From positions 1,567,984 to 1,631,983 of the forward strand of contig CAJINV010000014.1 in assembly GCA_905178155.1 (NCBI GenBank): 64,000 bases of DNA. The letters are read 5' to 3'. The notes beneath the pieces are model-generated. The model saw only the letters and a list, made by a program, of their open reading frames with translations. It had not been told where the DNA came from and made no database searches. This document shows, piece after piece, positions 59,205 to 64,000 of the stretch. Position 1 is the stretch's first letter; every line of letters begins with the position of its first letter. Made by a program: the position numbers and the translations under genes. The DNA is from Amoebophrya sp. A120 (Eukaryota; Protista; Dinoflagellata).

Positions 59205-60080
59205 GGCCGTCGCGTGAAATCTGGGACGGCGGGTGTCCGCCCCGTTTCGACACATTGCGCGAAAGTAGAGCATACCAATCGCAAACGTTTCTGGGTCTGG
59301 AAGGATGCAGCTTCTTGTCGCGCGAAGTCTCCACGACAAAAAAATCTGTATTGTATGAACGCCAAAAGCTAAGCCCACTTGTTGCCATGCAAAAGGCCGA
59401 CTTTTCGCGCGGGATAAGCATGAGGAAGGTCTCGCAGCATCTGTGATGCTTGTGTGTGCATTCCAGACCATGCGCATGGTCCGCGAGCTGCACGAGGACA
59501 AGTTTCGTTGCACCCTTCCAGACCCAGACACATTTGCAATGGATAGAAGACAGCGCACAACAGCCTATGTTGGGGAGGGCGACGACCGACACTCAGCTAG
59601 AGCTAGAAGCACACCGACAGCGTCGCTCTCGGGCCCGTGACTCGTCTGACTTTAGCCGCAGCAGAAGCCGTTCCGTGAAATCTGGGGGGATGAAGCATTG
59701 TGCGAATATCAATTGCAGATATGTCTGGAGCTCGAACAAGGAAGGACGCAGCTTGTCGTGCGAAATCTCCACGAAAAAAAATCTGTGTTGCATGAACGCC
59801 AAAAGCTGCCCACTTGTGGCTCGTCTCCAAAAGGCTGACTTCTCGCGCGGGATAGCCATGAGGAAGGTCTCGCAGCATCTGTGATGCTTGTGTGTGCATT
59901 CCAGACCATGCGCATGGTTCGCGAGTTGCACGAGGACAAGTTTCCCACCCTTCCAGACCCAGACATATTTGCTCTGGATAGAAGACAGCGCGCAACAGCC
60001 TATGTTGGGGAGGGCGACGACCGACACTCAGCTAGTACCCCGACAGTGTCGCTCTCGGGCCAGTGACTCGCTTGACTTTA
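59205..60080 (+). repeat. Tandem duplication (~435-bp period) of an introner plus adjacent exon-like sequence
   Basis: Element right ends at 59545 and 59980 are both followed by GAAGACAGCGC; interiors share long identical stretches. Confidence 0.88.
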
Positions 60081-60921
60081 CTTCTAGTAAGTCACTAGTA
60101 CGAGTTCGTTGATTTATTTATGAACAGCGTCCCAAAACCTTTCAATTAAAATTTACCGTCTTTCGGTCCCCCCCTCGATAAATTAGATAGCTGGGATTTT
60201 TGGACTCCTACCTAGATACGGTAGTAGATACCAGGCTGGTATATCTTGGATCTGTGGACCCCTGCCAAGGATACAAGCTTGGATTTTTGGACCCCTGCCA
60301 AGGATACGAGCTCGAAGCTGGCAGCTTCAAGCTTGTAAGTATCTGCCTTACAACCCAACTGCTCCTTGCCATCTTTTTTTGTACCTCCACTAAGCTTTTT
60401 TCGTGTTGCTGCAGTACTACTTTTCGAACATTGAAAAAAGAGAAAATATGAACGAACAAAACCCTAAACCCTAAAAATAAAAAAGATGCATAACAACTGA
60501 CGAAGCTGGTTGATGATGTTGAAGACTAGCGCTGTGATGAACTGGTAAGAATTCCCCATTTGGAATCGTGCGCAGTCAGCTACGCTGATTGTGATTGCGA
60601 GTGTAGTTTTTGCGTCGACATGATCTATGATCAACATACCAAGACGTCTAAACCTACAGGAAGACACTCTGCTATCGTTTCGATCGCCTGCTGATCATTG
60701 AAAAATCCTCTGAAGAACTCCTTCACGGTTCGGGAATAAAAAGCAATGATAAGTAATAGAAAAAATAAGCAGGCTGCTTATAGTACATAACTCATACTGA
60801 CAACAAGATGAGCAGGCTGCGCATACATACACTGCAACTGATTACACTGGCGCAGGCGAGTCGTTAACGTTATAAACAAAAATGAGCAACAAGATGAAAA
60901 TCACCTTCCGAAATAGTGTCG

Positions 60922-61447
60922 GAGTTGTTCTTTGTTTCGGGGAGAGTGCAAGACTGCTCTCTAGCAGCCAGCAAAGCGAAGAAACAAAACACACCCACGA
61001 CCCGTCAGACTTTCTTTTTCAGTATGATTTTGTTGGGGTCCAGCACCAGCACTCCGCTGGTGCCGCAGCATCGGTCTATGATTACAAACACAACCAATTT
61101 CATTGGGGTCCATTCCATCGTCCCCAGCTCGGGAGCTCGTGCTTTTCACAATTAGAAAAGTTGATCGCCCCGCCTTGATGTTTGCCGGGAAGTGAGTTGC
61201 ATGCCGTCCCGACGTCCATGCTGCGTCCTCAGTAGTGAGATCGTCGGTCTCCTTTGGTGAATAAAATATCGCACTTTTAGTCGAAATTATCAATCCACGC
61301 TGACAGACATTCTCCCTTCCTGTCGCCAAAACAAAACTAGTAGAGCAACGCACGCTCCTCGGTGCGTCGTGAAGGTGGTAGATTTCTGATGGGCGGGTGT
61401 TTAGTAAGTACTTATTCGGCTTGTCCAGCATGATCGATGATCATCTG
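60922..61447 (+). repeat. Dispersed ~500-bp repeat, copy 2
   Basis: See 54383-54886. Confidence 0.85.
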
Positions 61448-63843
61448 TTTTTTTTTTCATCGAGGAGGATGAAGATGTGCGCTTTCTAGTGTCCGTGGAC
61501 GAGAAGACTCGAGAACTATGGCTCTACACCGAGAGGACTACCTATTCAAATATAGTACTATAAGAGTTGTAGTAGAGGTACTTAGCCGTTGCTGGGGTGA
61601 GGGTTCTTTTCTTCGGCGAGGAAAAGTTTCTGCGTTGTCTCCGACAACACGAGCGACGACCTTCACCTAGAAGTGGGCTGCGCAGGAGGGCTACAAGGAG
61701 TTGCGACGAGGAGGAGAATCTAAATCCGAATCATGTTGACGAAAGTGTCTGCTGGTGCTGCAGATAGTACCATAGCACTCCCACTTCTAGTGGCACTTAG
61801 CGACACTTTTCTGATGAAAATCAAAATGCGCCGTATTAAGATTAACTCAGTACGCAGGCATCAGGTGCAAGCGATATGATCTTACCAAGTGGCAGTGGTG
61901 GCACATGATTTTTAAAAATACTATGTTATGAAGGGACAAAATATAGAAACCTGGACATCAGAAAGTGCTAAGTTGGCGATTATGCAAAGGTATTCGGTGT
62001 ACGAATTTTGGAACTCCGTTGTATGAATTTTGGAAATCCGAAGTACCGAATTCAAAAAAAAAAATACCGAATTCAAAAAACATCACCATGACTCTCGCAA
62101 AAACCGAAGATGATTTTTGATGAACTCGAAGGTGATTTTTGATGAACTTGGTCATGATTATTTTGATGAACCCTAAAACCTAAAGTCATGATCCACCTTC
62201 CGAAAGCCATGATCCACCTTCCTGAAAGCGCCCTACGACATATCACCGATCACTTGAGTTCCAAAATTAGTACATCTGAATTCTTTGCACCGATACATAC
62301 CTTGGTGACCGACAACGACCTTTCTTCTCACCACGACCGACGACGCAAATTCCGCGGAATTGGTCAAATCTGACCAATTTGAATAGTTGTGGTTTAAAGC
62401 AAAACCACAACTATTCGCATTTTTGATCCTCTTTTACATTTTCAACTACCAACAGTACCAGTGGCAGTGACACCTTAAAACCAAAATAACAAGAGAAACC
62501 AAATCAAGATGTAGCGGTCGCCCGTACTCAACTCCCACGCTAAGGTTGAAGCGCGTTCGCATTGTGTGGACATGATTAGACGACGAAGGCAGACAGCAAA
62601 AATCGGCGCGGGGCTACTGCTACAGGTTATGCGTTTGCTCTTTTTTACTTTTGTTTTCCTTCTCCATTCCCATCTGCTTTTGCATTTGCAAACACAGCTA
62701 TTAATATTGTGATACTTTTGATATTGCAATTGCATTTGCAACTGAATTTGAAATTGATGAGAGCACCATCTCCGCCTCGCTGCAAAGTTTTTTTTGTACT
62801 GATCAAGATCATCGGGATCGACTACTGCTACTACTACTTCTTCATGCCTCAATATGTTGATCAAAACGAAGCTCATGACTTATGACCAACGCAATCAGGT
62901 ACTCCTGCATGGCGCGCGTTCTGGATGGTGCAGCTGGTGTTGGTCGTGGTGTACTTGGGCCAAATCTTCGGCGCAGTTGAACTATCTCGATGGCATGACT
63001 CGCTTCCGCTGGGATGTTGCCACGGTGTTTGCGCGTTTACTTTTCAGATGTCGGGAAGTGAGGTGGATGATGATGTAGATGAGGCGTTGTTGTCTTTAGC
63101 ACAACCTTGACGCCAAGAGTTTTTTGTTTGATGTGAGTGAGAGCACCGCCACACACTGCGACGTGGTGGTGATAGATTGCAGCGCGTGCGCGACGGCTAC
63201 CACTATATTTATTAGACTTTGAGCGCTAGCATGATCCTCTCCCTTAGACCATGGGCCCGTGAGGTATTGCTAGCGTGGTCGCGTTTATCGGTTTTTATTT
63301 GATCTCGATTTGCGTCATAGTCTTGGAGCTGTGCTGGTGTGGCTGGGGCGAGAGAGGATTTTTTGAGTGAGAGTCTGAGTCAGCGTCTACGTGTACGTCG
63401 AGCAGCATGATATTATTTCCCGTAAGCACAGCCGGAAGATGTTGTGCCGAGAGAACAGAGGATGAGGGAAGAGTCACACTGGCCTCGCACGTGTTGGCTA
63501 ATGTCGCGCGAGCTGCCGCTGCAGAGCGCAGCAGAAGAGAGCAGTAAAATCAACACAGCCAAGGAGTTGCTGGCGTCAGCTTTATGAGCGGGTAGTTTTT
63601 TAGTTGCGGCTGGTGATGTAGATTTTGGATCTTATGACGATGAGCGTGTTGCTGTGTTTGAGTGTGAGAGGAACGTGAAGATTGAGAGGTTATGCTGCCC
63701 TCAGCTGGACGCTTCGTCTCGTCAGTACTCGGCGTCTTTTCGTCGTCTACGTTTAGGCTTATGATGAACATGAGCATCAACACCAAGACCAATAGCGAGA
63801 ACTAAACGTAAAAGAATAAGCGTCAATATGTAAACGCACTACC

Positions 63844-64000
63844 ATGCCGCCCAAGAAAAAAGTCAAGCCGCCGGAGCGGCTTCTCCCTCCTGATTCTCCG
63901 AGTGCAGAAGAGGGCAACTTCCACAACGACATGGAGGAGCAGCAAAACCAAGGCGGAACTCAAATGCGAAACAACAACATCAACAACATGAGTCTGAACC
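63844..64000 (+). CDS. Probable 5' end of a gene running out of the window
   Basis: ACCATG start, open to the window end: MPPKKKVKPPERLLPPDSPSAEEGNFHNDMEEQQNQ... Confidence 0.45.
   Translation, partial: MPPKKKVKPPERLLPPDSPSAEEGNFHNDMEEQQNQGGTQMRNNNINNMSLN

Noticed and set aside
13559-59560. Recurrent short peptides in the ORF track such as KCKNVWVWK and FQTQTHL
   Set aside because: They are translations of the GTCTGGGTCTGGAA TIR, not a protein family.
60461-60476. Two CCCTAAA telomere-like units (similar at ~62170)
   Set aside because: Too short to call an interstitial telomere.

Overview
Eukaryotic genomic DNA, gene-dense, with nearly all recognisable genes on the + strand. The ORF track is misleading because the genes are cut by about 40 short (mostly 108-390 bp) insertions with one shared design: a 5-bp direct repeat (DR), terminal inverted repeats (TIRs) that almost always begin TAT and end ATA, then the same 5-bp DR. 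Removing the element plus one DR copy restored the reading frame at each junction I translated. Many cannot be read as GT/GC-AG introns, and members of one family sit in both orientations within same-strand genes. This matches the non-canonical IR/DR 'introner' introns reported for the parasitic dinoflagellate Amoebophrya (taxon is my inference). After removal I can reconstruct a pentameric ligand-gated-channel-like gene, a calcineurin-like metallophosphoesterase, a single-pass membrane protein, a long Gln/Pro-rich gene with a CCDC66/CSPP1-like coiled coil, several low-complexity genes and a frameshifted adenosine-deaminase-like gene. A Sir2-family gene is intronless. The window also holds an intact young Ty1/copia retrotransposon (23477-29903; 237-bp LTRs, CTAAA target duplication) with an unusual primer site, and several repeat-rich non-coding inserts, mostly nested inside introns. 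All exon joins were made by eye, without transcript data.
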